From contig NW_002060954.1 in the NCBI RefSeq assembly GCF_000150275.1, forward strand, positions 372,001 to 436,000: a stretch of 64,000 nucleotides of DNA. The letters are read 5' to 3'. Of the stretch, positions 51,901 through 64,000 are shown piece by piece. The notes below the pieces were generated by a model that did not search any database, was not told the DNA's origin, and was given only the letters and a program-made list of their open reading frames with translations. The stretch is from Trichoplax adhaerens. Lineage: Eukaryota > Animalia > Placozoa. The stretch's first letter is position 1. The number at the start of each line of letters is the position of its first letter. A program made the position numbers and the translations under genes.

Positions 51901-54900
51901 TTCTATTATGTATCCGCTATCAATTTTTTACTATTTATTTGTGATTTACAGAAAAAGTAAATGCATTAGTATTCAGCCAAGTAGTAGTCTAACTATTATC
52001 GTACATATAATACTATATACTTTGGTTTTTATCACTCGGATACTACATTACAGGGCAAGGCGTTTTGGCTTATCTTTATAAATTAAACACAATTAGCATA
52101 AAATAAATAATAGAGCGTATGCATTTTGTAAGGTAGTAAACTCACGTTTACTTTTAATTTAATATCCATGTAAATGTACTGTACGTGTGTATACAAAATA
52201 CGATGTATATCAATTCATGCCAGATTTACGAACAGCACTAAATGATCAAAATTCCTACTGTTGGTCATTAATTGCTATTATCGCATTATGTGAAGTCTTT
52301 AAATTATGGAATTCTCTGTTAAGTGCGTTGATGTGTGATTGTAAATGACCTGCAATGACGAGAGTATGTATGTAGTACTATTTTAAGTTGATACTATGTC
52401 AAAGCCTTTAACTCAGGTAATTAATTACACCACAGTGATATTATCTATAGAGCTCAGCATTAATGAGAAATATGATATAATGGGTGCATGCTGGTATTAT
52501 AATTACATTTGCTAAGGTACGCGTACTATACTGATTTCATTTACCTTTCTTGAGGCGATATTTCGAAAACATTGACAAAAAATATCGATGATATTTTATA
52601 TCTATCTCAGTCCAATCAATAAATTATACGACTTATATCCTGTTAATAAGGTAGTGTATCATTTATATTTCTTATATTTTATTGTATTCTCCAATAAATA
52701 CTTCATATTTCGCAATTCGGAGCTCCCAGGTTACACATTAACGAGATTGCTACAATGCAGTGCTGTACAATACTTTCTCGAAATGATTCTAAGAACATAG
52801 TTATATTGGCCATATTGGGATACTGCGTTGTTATCAGGAAGTGATGTGACGTTTTTAATTACCTAATATCCATAATGGGCTAAATAATTGCTATTTGATT
52901 TACGGTATTAATGTCTAATATATCGATCTCAATAATTAATGTTACTTTATATGATAATACTGCATATGCATCACACAATTTTTACTATCGATGTAGCTTT
53001 TTTTCGTCTTATTGAAAGCATTTGATTTAGTGCGATAACAATTATTTCTATTCTAAAACTTTAATAGAAATGTTACGAAGTGGGGAATTTCCTAGTACTG
53101 CTTCATTTTATTGGAATTCGTGGACTTATAGATATGGTAAAGCCGTTAATAGCAATTCAAAGACGTCTAATAATGAACCTGTCCTGGTTGGAAGAAATCG
53201 ATCCGTAACATCTCCGACCTTGTCCAATAGCCGACCTAATACATTGTTAACTACTTCTGGCGCTGTTACCTCTAGTCATAAATCTGTAGACGTCGTTAAA
53301 TCTTCAACCTTTTCTCCTTCGCCATCTTCTTACTGTATTGCTAATTCGCTTGATAGTGGAGCTAGTCCTACTACCCCACAAGTACCTGCTAATTATTATA
53401 AGGATTCATCTCCAAGTGTATCTGATATCAATGCTGGTCTACTTGAAAATAATCACAATGTTGACGAGGCTACCGTTGCCCAGGACGGTAGCAATTGTAA
53501 TACCGATGCTAACTCTGTGCTACAAATTATTGTTCAACCAAGCGACGCAGAAAATGAAATACAGCTCTCTAATCGTAGTAACTCATTAGGTAGTATGAGA
53601 ACAACCGATAAAAATATTCAGTGTCGGCTTCCTTTACAAGCAGCTATGCTTAGCGGTAGCTGCGAAGCCTTACTCCATGACAGTCAAAACTGTACAAATG
53701 ATATTGGATCTGATTACAGTGCAGGATCTGACAGTCTACAAAAATTAAGATCGCGTGAGTATTTTAACTAAAATTTCATTACCTTTAGAGCCATATTCTT
53801 TTATCAAAGTAATTAGATTCTTAAGACTTATGACACTGGATAGTTAATAGATTTTAAAGACATGATAAATTAAAATTAAAATAAGATCAATTGGTTGTAA
53901 TTTTTTAATATACATCTCAAAAATTAAGGAACTTTGAGTCATAGTGCCGGGACTCAGTCATCTTCATTGGTTGGCATGGGGCATTCTATTAAACACAGGT
54001 ATTTTTTTATTCCAGCTCACTACACTTTAAGTGACTAGTATAGTCCAAAATCCGCTCTCTATAAGTCCTTTATTTCTCAAAATATAGATTTTCGCATTTA
54101 CCAATGTTCATTGCGCAGTCGTGCGATTACTGTGGTCGAATAGTTGTTATGGGTCTTAAATGTAAAGAATGCAAGTAAGTCATGATGAAGCTACGAAATC
54201 TGTATTACCTTACATTTTATATAAAGTAAAATTTCTTCTTGTATCGTGTGAATGATCAGATATAAGTGTCATTCTAAATGTGCTAAGAAAGCACCGCCAT
54301 CGTGTGGCTTACCTCAAGATTATGAGAAATTTTTTAAGCAGCAATTACTTCATGGTATGATAACTGAGATGATCAAGGATCATAACGTTCTATTAATTTA
54401 TGTTTTTATACATGAAAAACATTAATTCGAAATGATCTTTACATTAGATAACCTGAACCTCAGTCAAGATACTTCAAAAATAAACTTAAAAAAATTGAAT
54501 GCTTCTCCATCGCGCATGACATCAGCTCCATATAATAGTTATAACTCAGGCTATAACAGTATCAATTCCGTATCTACAAACGACTCTTCGACAAACAACT
54601 TGACTTTTAAAGATAAGCACTATTTGAATAGCCAAGGTGCTGATAAAATTAAGAGCATACCGAACTCGGCACCACCAACTAGCGTTAATAGTACATTTAA
54701 TTTTTCAACACCGACTGATGGAAGTACAACTGGCGGCCAATTGACAGAATCAATTAGTCCTTTTTCATCGACTCCATCTTCACCTACGATGAATACGAGC
54801 ACACACTTATACTCACCACCAGTGTCTAGTGTCTTACCAGAGACAAGTATGTGGGATAGAAATACATAATGTTCATTACGGTCAGATACTTATTTAAGCT

Positions 54901-56960
54901 ATTTATTGCAGGTCAAGGTACAGTGGCCAATGATAAAGTTACTTCTACACCGATAAGGAAAAACGTTAATAGCGCAGAGGACGACCTAGAAGACAATAGG
55001 TAATTCGGCATCTGACAATAAGTCATATTGCTGTCAGATTTAAATTACCGGATTTTATGCTCCGTATTTTTGGAAGTGTATGGTAAATAATATTTTCGTT
55101 CTAGGGATTGTGAAAACATTGAATCAGAACGAAGCTCTGGAGTAAGACTAATACTTTACTCTTAATATTATCTAAAAGCAACGTTATCTAGAATAGTACA
55201 ATCTATGATATAATACCATCATATTGGCAATATTTCATCAACCTAAAACAGAATGAAGATCACAGTCAGGAAGATCTGTTAACCGTAAATCGTAAGAGTC
55301 GATATAAACGAAGAAAAAAGGTAATTGAATTACAGTCGCAGAAACCATGTAGCAAAATACTTTCAAGCTGATCCCCTAACTCCGCTGTTACCCAAAATAT
55401 CTTGCCTTACAGCTCTTAAGTATGCGAACCAGCTTAGCATCTGAATGGATAATTCCCATTGAAGAGTTAAAAATAAAAGACGTCATCGGTATAGGCCATT
55501 TTGGTCGTGTTCATAGGTTTGTTGATATGTTAGTCTTAGAAAAAAGATCTGAGCTTCGAGAAAAATAGTAACTGATACAAATGTTAAATAGAGGCTACTG
55601 GCATGGAGACGTAGCTATAAAGTTTGTTAATGTGAGCCGTTTAACTGAGGAAGCTATAGAATCCTTCAAGCTGGAGGTAAGGAAGTAATTTAGTAGTATA
55701 TGGATTTGTTCTATCAGAGCTAAATGGCTTTACTTGCCTATTTTATGATAGGTAGCTACTTTTCGTAAAACACGTCACGATAATCTAGTATTGTTTATGG
55801 GAGCTTGCATGAAACCCCCTCAGTTGGCAATTATTACAAGGTACTGTGCAAATATACTAACTAGAAAATCATGCTTTTCTGTAAGTATGCTTTAATGATA
55901 CTGATAATTTCCTACCTATATTTATGTATATCTGTATCAGTTTATGCCGAGGTCCGTCATTGGCTTCTTTAATTTATGAGCAGAAAGATAGATTTACTTT
56001 CTCTAAAATTGTTAGTTTTGCGCGAGAAATCTGTCAGGTATGGAATGCTACGTGACTGCTTTCTTTGGCAGTCGAATTAATGGCTTACTAAGGAATATGT
56101 TTGGTTATACAATGTTTATATGATGTATATTAGGGGATGAGTTACTTGCACTCTCGCGACATCATCCACAAGGATTTGAAATCAGGAAATATATTCTACG
56201 AGAAATGTCGTATCGTTATAACTGATTTCGGGGTATCTAGCTTAGTAGATTATAATCCAACGCCACAGGAAAGGTATTAGCCATTTGATTGTTATAAATT
56301 AGTATAGTTATTGTGCTATTAATGTTTATATACTCGTATTTGTAGAAATTTGGACTGTTGGGTAATCGTTCGAGATTACGCCGTGTATTTTGCTCCAGAA
56401 ATTATTAAGAAAATGGACTTGAATTTGGTATCATTTGGTCTCAGTGCTTTCACTAAAGCATCCGATGTTTTCGCTTTTGGGTAATAATGGCTAAGATATA
56501 TTTCTACTAAGGTTAACTAAGAAATATTCTGATGAACTATTTGTATAATTTCTATTCTATAGAACTGTATTGTATGAAATGATGGTAGGACATTGGCCAT
56601 TTTCGGAGCTGCCAGTCGAGAGTATACTCTGGATGGTAGGGTCTGGTAAACAGCCTCCGCAAGACGAGATACGTTTACCGGTAGAATTGAAGGTGCATTT
56701 TTTGACCTTTACAGTAGTGATCATCAAGAGATAGTCATAACTATATACAGTAGACAGTTACTTAATGCCTCCGTCATAGCGCATGTTTCCTATAGTAAGT
56801 TATGAAATATTCGTTTTATTTTTAGAACATATTGAATACCTGCTGGGAATATGATCCAGAAAAAAGAATAGCGTTTACCAATTTGTTAAAGGCATTAAAT
56901 AAATTACCAGAGAGATATTTACGTCGTAGCCCGTCTTGTCCATCGAATTCATTAACGTAA
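48921..56960 (+). CDS. KSR: Kinase suppressor of Ras (CC-SAM, C1 and RAF-family kinase domains)
   Basis: About 19 exons. [17 protein letters not shown]...IQQQLRALE|[11 protein letters not shown]...[12 protein letters not shown]; C1 SIKHRF...[36 protein letters not shown]; kinase [134 protein letters not shown] and HKDL are KSR-diagnostic. Confidence 0.96.
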
Positions 56961-58293
56961 ATGCAGCAGTATGAGTAACCGATGAACATATTTCGATCGA
57001 GATTTTCTGAGAGAACTTAATTTAGAATAACTTTAGATATGAACCTATGGCACAATCTAAACATTGTAAATGTAAACTTTGTGGCCTTCGCAAATACTTT
57101 TTCGTGCAATATTTCCAATTTTTGTCTTAAAGGCGATAAATTAAATTGTTTTTGATGCTATTACTCGAAAAATTCATTTTATGAAGTGTGGTCGTGACAA
57201 ATTATTGTAGAGTGATATTACATTTGCAAACGCGAAATCTGCAGTACTTATTCAAGGATACTATCATAGCTAAGACTTCAATAGATTGGCTATTGTGATT
57301 ATAGTTATATACATCGTCGGTCGATATGTAAATGATAGATTGCATTTACTGAAACAATTTTACTACTTAGTGAGCTATCTTTACCACAAAATAATGCTTC
57401 CAGTATTGCAACTGTTCTTATACTGTATATTAGAAAACTGTTAGAAATTTTTAATGGATCTTTTCGATGATTTCATTATTGTTCGATATCTAAAATTATT
57501 TTTAATGAAATTTTTAACGTCTTGTTGCATTTCTGTTTCCGTTAGTATTTGTAATTTCTGAGCAAAATGATAAATTCTCAATTTTTAGAATCAATAGGGT
57601 ATAGGCAGGAGTTGCACGAAAATTAGCCTTTTTATAGTTATCGTAAATTACTAACATTGCTTACGTAGAGACAATGCTATTATATTTGGAACCTTGTTAT
57701 AAGTGTATATGGTAACAGATTTTTTATCGAGCTTTTTTTGTTAGTTCAGCATCGATCATATACTTGCATATAATGTATATTGTAATGCATAATTTAACAT
57801 TTGTATGACATGAGTACTTATCATATCGTTCTTGAAGTCCATCGTTTTATAAAGTTTTTCCTTGTACTACTTCATAATGCTTTATAAAGATTTAAAGCCT
57901 CGCTATAATGTGATAATGTTTACTCACAATTCGGTGTAATGATGTACTGCTATGTCATAATACTTTTAAAAAAACTTACAGTAATTACAAATTATTATGC
58001 AAAAATGTCGGCTTATCTAAAAGGTATTATTTTGAAATATTGATTCCATTTTAATTGTTGCTTGTTATTGGTTGCGATATTATCTGCACGTAAAAGATTC
58101 AAATACTCAATATCAATAAATACTTGTTGATCTTTCGGAAATTACAATATCTTCATAGTTTTATATGTTAACAAATATTTTTTCGTAATTTTCATTTACT
58201 GAATGGCTTTAATATTACCAAGCTTAACATAATCTATTATTATTTTATAGTTTCAGCTTTTTTTGATATAAGAGGTTACTAAATAGTTTAAAA

Positions 58294-61200
58294 CTAATAT
58301 TTGAATTGGTGGATCAGTTTGGACAGTACATGTAAAGCTCTATCCCATTGACTTTTTTTATATTCCGTTGATGATGCCGTATTTTCGCAAATACAGAGTA
58401 TGGCTTTTAATTGGATACACAGTTTTTCAAAACGATTCGCTGTAAAGTTGAGTTGATTCCATTCCGTAGATACGTATAGAAGTATAACACAAACATAGCA
58501 CAATATAACCGGAAGATATTCGCAAAATTTCTGAAAATTGATACGTTTTCGGGAACGCATTTGTCCTGTGCTCCATAACGTACTCATGGCTGAATGAGCA
58601 CTTAAAACATTATTAATAATGGAACGGGTTTGCATAGTGATAGCTCGTAGAAGTTTAGCAATTTGTTGCTCCTGACGCGATCGAAATAGGGGATTTGGCG
58701 GCGATTTACTCAGCTGGTAGGCAGTTTGATCAAGCAACCTGACATAGTACGAGAATAAGCTGTTAGTTTAAGAATGGGCTGTAGTGTTTTCCTTCATCTA
58801 ATAAGCTTTATTTTTCTATCAAACTCGTATTATATTTAACTAGCTTCTCACCTATCAAAAATTTCGCTAAGCATAGATTTATCCTTGTCAATACATAGAT
58901 TTATACTATGACATAACTGATGTAGGAACGACATTTTCAGATTGTTATAACCATCGTCAAATTTGTTAAAGTTAATTCGCTCGGCTTCATTTACTATTGC
59001 AACATTATAGTTGTTATAGCTTTCTACTTTAAGCGTCAAGCTGTGAGCCAATTTCATTCGCGCTACGATACCTTTTATTTCTTCTTTTATTAGTAAATAA
59101 GGATGATGTTTTGATTCATAAGTGTTATAGATAGATACGAATTTTTGTACATACACTTTATCTGGACCGCACGTTGCACAGTACTTATAGCAAATTAAAA
59201 AAACTGCAATAAGAACGACACTAGCAGTATCTTTAGTTAACGATTCAGGAACAACATCAGCATGACTGATTCGGTCCCTTAGCCGTAAGCCTTCCGGATA
59301 CATCAATAAATCCATTAATAATACCTACATGATATGTCGAGAGAAAAAAGTGAAATCAATCACTATAAACAATTATGTAATGATCATTTATGAATCAGTA
59401 CTTATTTACATTAGATCGTAAGGATACAATATAAATTTTGAAATGTTATGTTATCGCCTTGTTTATACTATCTCTCACTAAGTAGTTATCTGAGAGCTCT
59501 TGACATAGGCAGTTGATGCCACCAGTGGGTAACTTAGCAGCTAATATTTCAGTCAGTGTGGTAAAAAGCATTGAATTTTCAGCAGTGATAATCCGGTGTT
59601 GGCAATGATTTACACCAGCGAAAAGGATACGTAGACTATGTTCGAACTGTGGTAGCAATAGTGTGAGACAATCGAGATACCTTCAAAAACAAGTTTAATG
59701 CAGTTAGAAAGCGAATTGAAATAACGATATTATAGGTACGAACTGTTTGTAAGACTTCGCTTAATTATAATGTTAGGCATTGTAAAGTATTGTCAAATAT
59801 TGCCTTATCAATAGCGCTAAACACCTTTCACTTAAGAAGTGATTTATCGAAGTAACCCAAATTTGCACTCTACTGCGAGGAATTATTGAGGAAAGCTGAA
59901 ATAATTTCTTTAGTGATATGCAATCTTGAGAAGTTACAACCGGAAATCCATAGTCCACCTTCATTTGATGCAAGTCTATTAAGGGCAAGTGCTCGATAAC
60001 AAATTGTTGGTCTAAAATTAATCCAATATCATAAGCTATTACGCAGAGAGATCTTCAGAGAGCTGTTTAATAATCTAATTTTAAATTATGTACATGTATG
60101 CATAGTATACAGTACAGTAAATGTATGTTTGTATATATGGCATTTGCTAGCATCTTAGAAGTACATAGTCACTGCACACCTTTCAAAGCTCCCTTAAGAC
60201 TAGCAGTCATAACAATTAATAATGTAAGACATTGCTTCGGAATTTCTTTTGGGCGAATAAAACCATGCCAAGTTAGATTCCTTAAATTTAATCCTTGTGG
60301 GGAACCTATTAACAAGTAAAAACAAGATATAGCAGTTGGCTCAAACAGCTCCGTTAACTGAGAGCTCCTGAGGAGATCACGTAGGAATCTTGGGCGTTCA
60401 GTAGTCGGTGCTGCGCTTCCAATGATATCGATGAGAACCCGTTCAGTAGCAGCAGTAAGTAGCGAAACACCTACGTAAATATGGAAGGAAAGACAATAAA
60501 GAAAGCCTCAAATAATATCCGTTTGTTTCTTTACAAAGCTAAGGATTATTTTGTCGTCTTAGCCTGGTCCGTGAATGCCAGTTTGTGATAAACATTAAAT
60601 TGGCTTATAACGAATACTTTTACATTCATTCTTAAGTTAAATATAAAATTAAATACTTTTCTAATTATAGTGCAATAAATCTACAATTCGCAAACACTCA
60701 TTGATTCAATACGATTTCATATTAACTAAGTTAAAAGCTGTGCCTTTAAATTGACACTCGGTAGACGAAATCTATGCAGTAAAATTTACATACGAATATG
60801 CAAAGGGGTATAATCATCTATACTATATACCAATAGGATCGAATCAGCCAGTACAGTACTTTTCTTTCCCCGACTATCAGCCATAGGCAGATTAATTCAG
60901 GCGTACCGAAAAGAAATACTATTACCGTGCTATATCGCAGTATAACGTATTTCACTTCTACTAGAGTAAAAAGTACATTTATTAACGGTAAATTATGTCG
61001 GAAGATATAGACTTACATCACTACATTATACTACGCGTATTTTCTTCCTGATTAGGTCATTTTTATTTGTGAGACGAGGTTGAATGATGTACGTACAAAC
61101 GTAGTATCAGTACAAGATTGTAAATCTACCTAATAGGCAGTCAGTATCATCCACAGACTTCAGTAACAAAATCAGTTCTTTGAAAGTCTTCACGAATTGA

Positions 61201-61619
61201 TTACCAAGCCACAAGGTACAAGGAACATACCATTTTAGCATCTGTTCCACACTTGCAGATGCTAAATCATTATGAATTTGGTAAGCGATTTTTGCTATAG
61301 ATATGATAGCTTCCTTAAATTTTCCATTGGGCTTAGCATTGAATTCATTACTATTGTAGCCACTACATTCATATCTATACAGCTCAGATATAGATGGTAA
61401 GTCTAAGTTTTTCCATATGATTAATCGATTGTTGACATCCAAGCAAAAATAGTCGGAATGGATGCTGTGGTGTAAGGAAGAGTAAGATGTATGAAAGATT
61501 TGTATTAAATTTTGCACACTATCTGAAAGTGCACTGTACTCATCATTTTTGATAGCAGGTATGTCCAAAAAATCATTGTCAATTTGATTATTCATATTTT
61601 TTTGGATAATTTCTGACAT
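58294..61619 (-). CDS. ERMARD: ER membrane-associated RNA degradation protein (C6orf70, DUF4209)
   Basis: Phase-consistent exons 61619-61130, 60470-60180, 60011-59825, 59680-59479, 59324-58852 and 58738-58294. Motifs FLRDLL...IGSPQGLNLRNLTWHGF, LLLPQFEHSLRILF..VN.C..R+ITAE..+FTT..EILA and PEGLRLRDRISH match ERMARD (GSP.GLNLRN+.WHGF; EGPR+RD.+SHG). Confidence 0.92.
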
Positions 61620-61782
61620 TTTTAATATCTGTTAATCTTGATCCCCATAACTTTCTCACATATTCTTAAATTGTATCCATATCCATTCTACTCTTATTAA
61701 TTAACCAAAGGCTTAGAAATTATGTTTAAATGCCCTATCATGAACCTTTGACACGTCTAAGTATCTGGTCTTTGTCAAGTTA

Positions 61783-62135
61783 TGTACTGTACTGTACAGA
61801 CAGTACAGTACAGTATTTCTGTTAATCATAATAATTAATTATTATTAATAATATACCGTACACTGTAAGTAACAGTACAACAATTAAACAATTTTGCTAT
61901 AACATTAACATTACATTAAACTGTATTATCAACAACGCTGCTGTACAGTACAATTCTAGCGTACGGTACAGTACAGTACATTGTACAACATGTCATCAAC
62001 AAACAGACATACTGTACTGTATGAACTACGAACGCCTGCAGACGACAGTACTGTACTGTACTGGGTATTTCTTTTAGCCTGCAAAGTACAGTACAGTACG
62101 CTTATCTTATACTGTATACTGTACAGTACAGTATT
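61783..62135. repeat. (TACTG)n/(CAGTA)n pentamer array in the ERMARD / PH-like gene bidirectional promoter
   Basis: Clusters such as tgtactgtactgtacagacagtacagtacagta between the divergent ATGs at 61619 (-) and 62347 (+). A further degenerate cluster lies at 62860-62980 in intron 1. Confidence 0.85.
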
Positions 62136-62346
62136 CTTCGAATTAAGATAAAATAAAATAAAATTTAAAATTTATTTGTTACATTAGGGTTGGTATCGTA
62201 TCGCGGAAAGTAAAATACGATCGTGGTAAAAGTAGGATATTGTCCATCCATTCTACGTACTCATTATTTCTCTCATTTATGCACTGTATGTACGCGTACA
62301 CTTTGATACCACACACGCAAACTACTGTAGTTGCACACTTTGCAGA

Positions 62347-63532
62347 ATGAACGACGTCCCAATACTTCAGCAACCTCCAAGTTACTATGATCCGCCAAGT
62401 TATGGTACCACATCGAATAGCTATCGTGGAAGCAATGGCCTACATCGAAATAGAACCCCTGTATGCGTCGCTCAGATGGACGAAGAAGGCTTATCCGATT
62501 TTATGATCTCTCATGCTTGCCTGTGCAGTATTTTACCTCCATTTTCATGTTTGTGTTTGCAGCCTTTACGGGTTTTATGTTGTGCCAAGAGTGAGGGCCT
62601 GCGCCAAGCACAAGCTACTCGTTTGGTACTATATACAGATGAGTTGGAGTTGCAGCTGGATAGTTACTGCCAATGCTGTGCATGCGTTGGTGCTGGTCCT
62701 GCGCCACGACCAGAGTCTGCGGGTTTGTCTACTGTTCTCGTTAATGTTAGATAATAATTTAGGTTTAATTAGTGTTTATCTAAGATTACTGGTTTAGTTT
62801 ACTATTCTGCAGTTGAAATCTGTCTAAGATTTTCGTATTTGTGTGCGTCGGTGGATGATGCAGTACAGACTGTACACAGTTGTGCACTTGTACGTACAGT
62901 ACACTGGTCGCGAGTTTACGAGTTGCATACTGTACTGTACGCGCAATAAACGTACGTATAAAAACAGTACACGTACAAAATAAGTTCGAAAAGCATGGCA
63001 TCAAGAAAACTTTATCTTTATAGAGCGTAACATGTCTATGTTAATTTAGTATAGTAGTTTTTTAATTCAGTACTTATCGGACAAGTATAGTTGTGATTCT
63101 CATACGTTGATGCCTATGCAATTATAAATTCCTAGCTTATACTAGCGCTAAGTTATGCGGTACCGTTCCAATATTTAAGATACAGTAATAGAAGTAAAAT
63201 CAAAATCTGCATCTGTCACTGGTGATAATGTATCTTTTAAATAAATGAACTATCATTATGATCAAATGATAGGTCTATGCGGCGAAACTGGAAAGATGAT
63301 CAAGATTTTACCATTAGATCAAATTTCTCAGATTACTGTCTTCAATTACTGGCAACTAAACTCGATTCGTATTGTATCTGCAACCCCTTTATTTACTATG
63401 GGCAAGGATTCTTCCATTGTAACGATAAATGGAATTGTCGATGCAGAAGAATTTGCGGCAGCAATACTGAATCAAATGAAAATTGTAAAAAATTATCGGC
63501 GAAACTATCCAGAACCGTCCGGAAATGTCTAG
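62347..63532 (+). CDS. Uncharacterised protein: two PPSY motifs, Cys-rich hydrophobic segment, C-terminal PH-like (bPH-type) domain
   Basis: Exon 1 from 62347 to a phase-1 donor (probably GCG G|gtttgt ~62722), joined to 63273-63532 (GLCGETGKMIKILPLDQISQITV...LNSIRIVSA...IVTINGIVDAEEFAAAIL). The PL+.I..+ and +.G+.+.EEF..A+L pattern recalls bacterial-PH-like families. The domain call is inference. Confidence 0.7.
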
Positions 63533-64000
63533 AAAACTTTCAATAATAAGTTTAAGTAGTAGTATACGCGTATACCTTTGTAGATAGAAAACGTCCAATT
63601 TACACCTCAAGTATAATACGCGTATATCGCATTCCTATTATTACAATATACGTATACATATACGCGTATCATAGAATATGTTAGATTAACATTTTCTTTC
63701 TTACTTTATTAATGTATACTCAGATGTGATAGCTTTTAGCTTTTACTAGCAACGAATAGAGAAGTGCTCAGTGGTTTTTGTATTCATAGTTTATGATTAT
63801 AGCAACGAAAGTTAGTATTCCGAACAAAGTTAAACTTTGTATCATCGTATTCCAGATGATATTGGTAGTTGATTATAATTATAGCTTACAGAAATTATCG
63901 GACTTATATTTACGATTAGTACCTGCAGTGAAGCCCCAAATAAGCTTGAGACTAAGATTATTGCGGAGAGGGTATGGTGAAAAGGATGTGACTGACAGAG

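Overview
AT-rich eukaryotic genomic DNA with compact GT-AG introns of mostly ~70-200 nt. Base composition, intron sizes and gene content suggest an early-branching animal, probably a placozoan such as Trichoplax (inference, not verified). I reconstructed seven spliced protein genes by hand: a giant smoothelin-like protein (-), LRRC43 (-), RPL23A/uL23 (+), a long-form SKA2 with a C-terminal Ska1-like domain (+), a two-finger GATA factor (+) in a ~10 kb gene-free interval, KSR with an intact VAIK lysine (+) and ERMARD (-). There is also an uncharacterised PPxY/Cys-rich/PH-like gene (+) and a fragmentary gene or pseudogene at 44.7-47.2 kb. The most striking non-coding signal is a palindromic (TACTG)n/(CAGTA)n pentamer array at the 5' ends of LRRC43/RPL23A, SKA2, KSR and ERMARD/PH-like gene, absent upstream of GATA and smoothelin; it is a candidate lineage-specific promoter mark. 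Other signals: a tiny CANGGACTAC-ended MITE family with 7-bp TSD-like flanks, intronic hairpins that pair with their own 5' splice site, and several intergenic inverted repeats. No CRISPR array, rRNA or tRNA was recognised.
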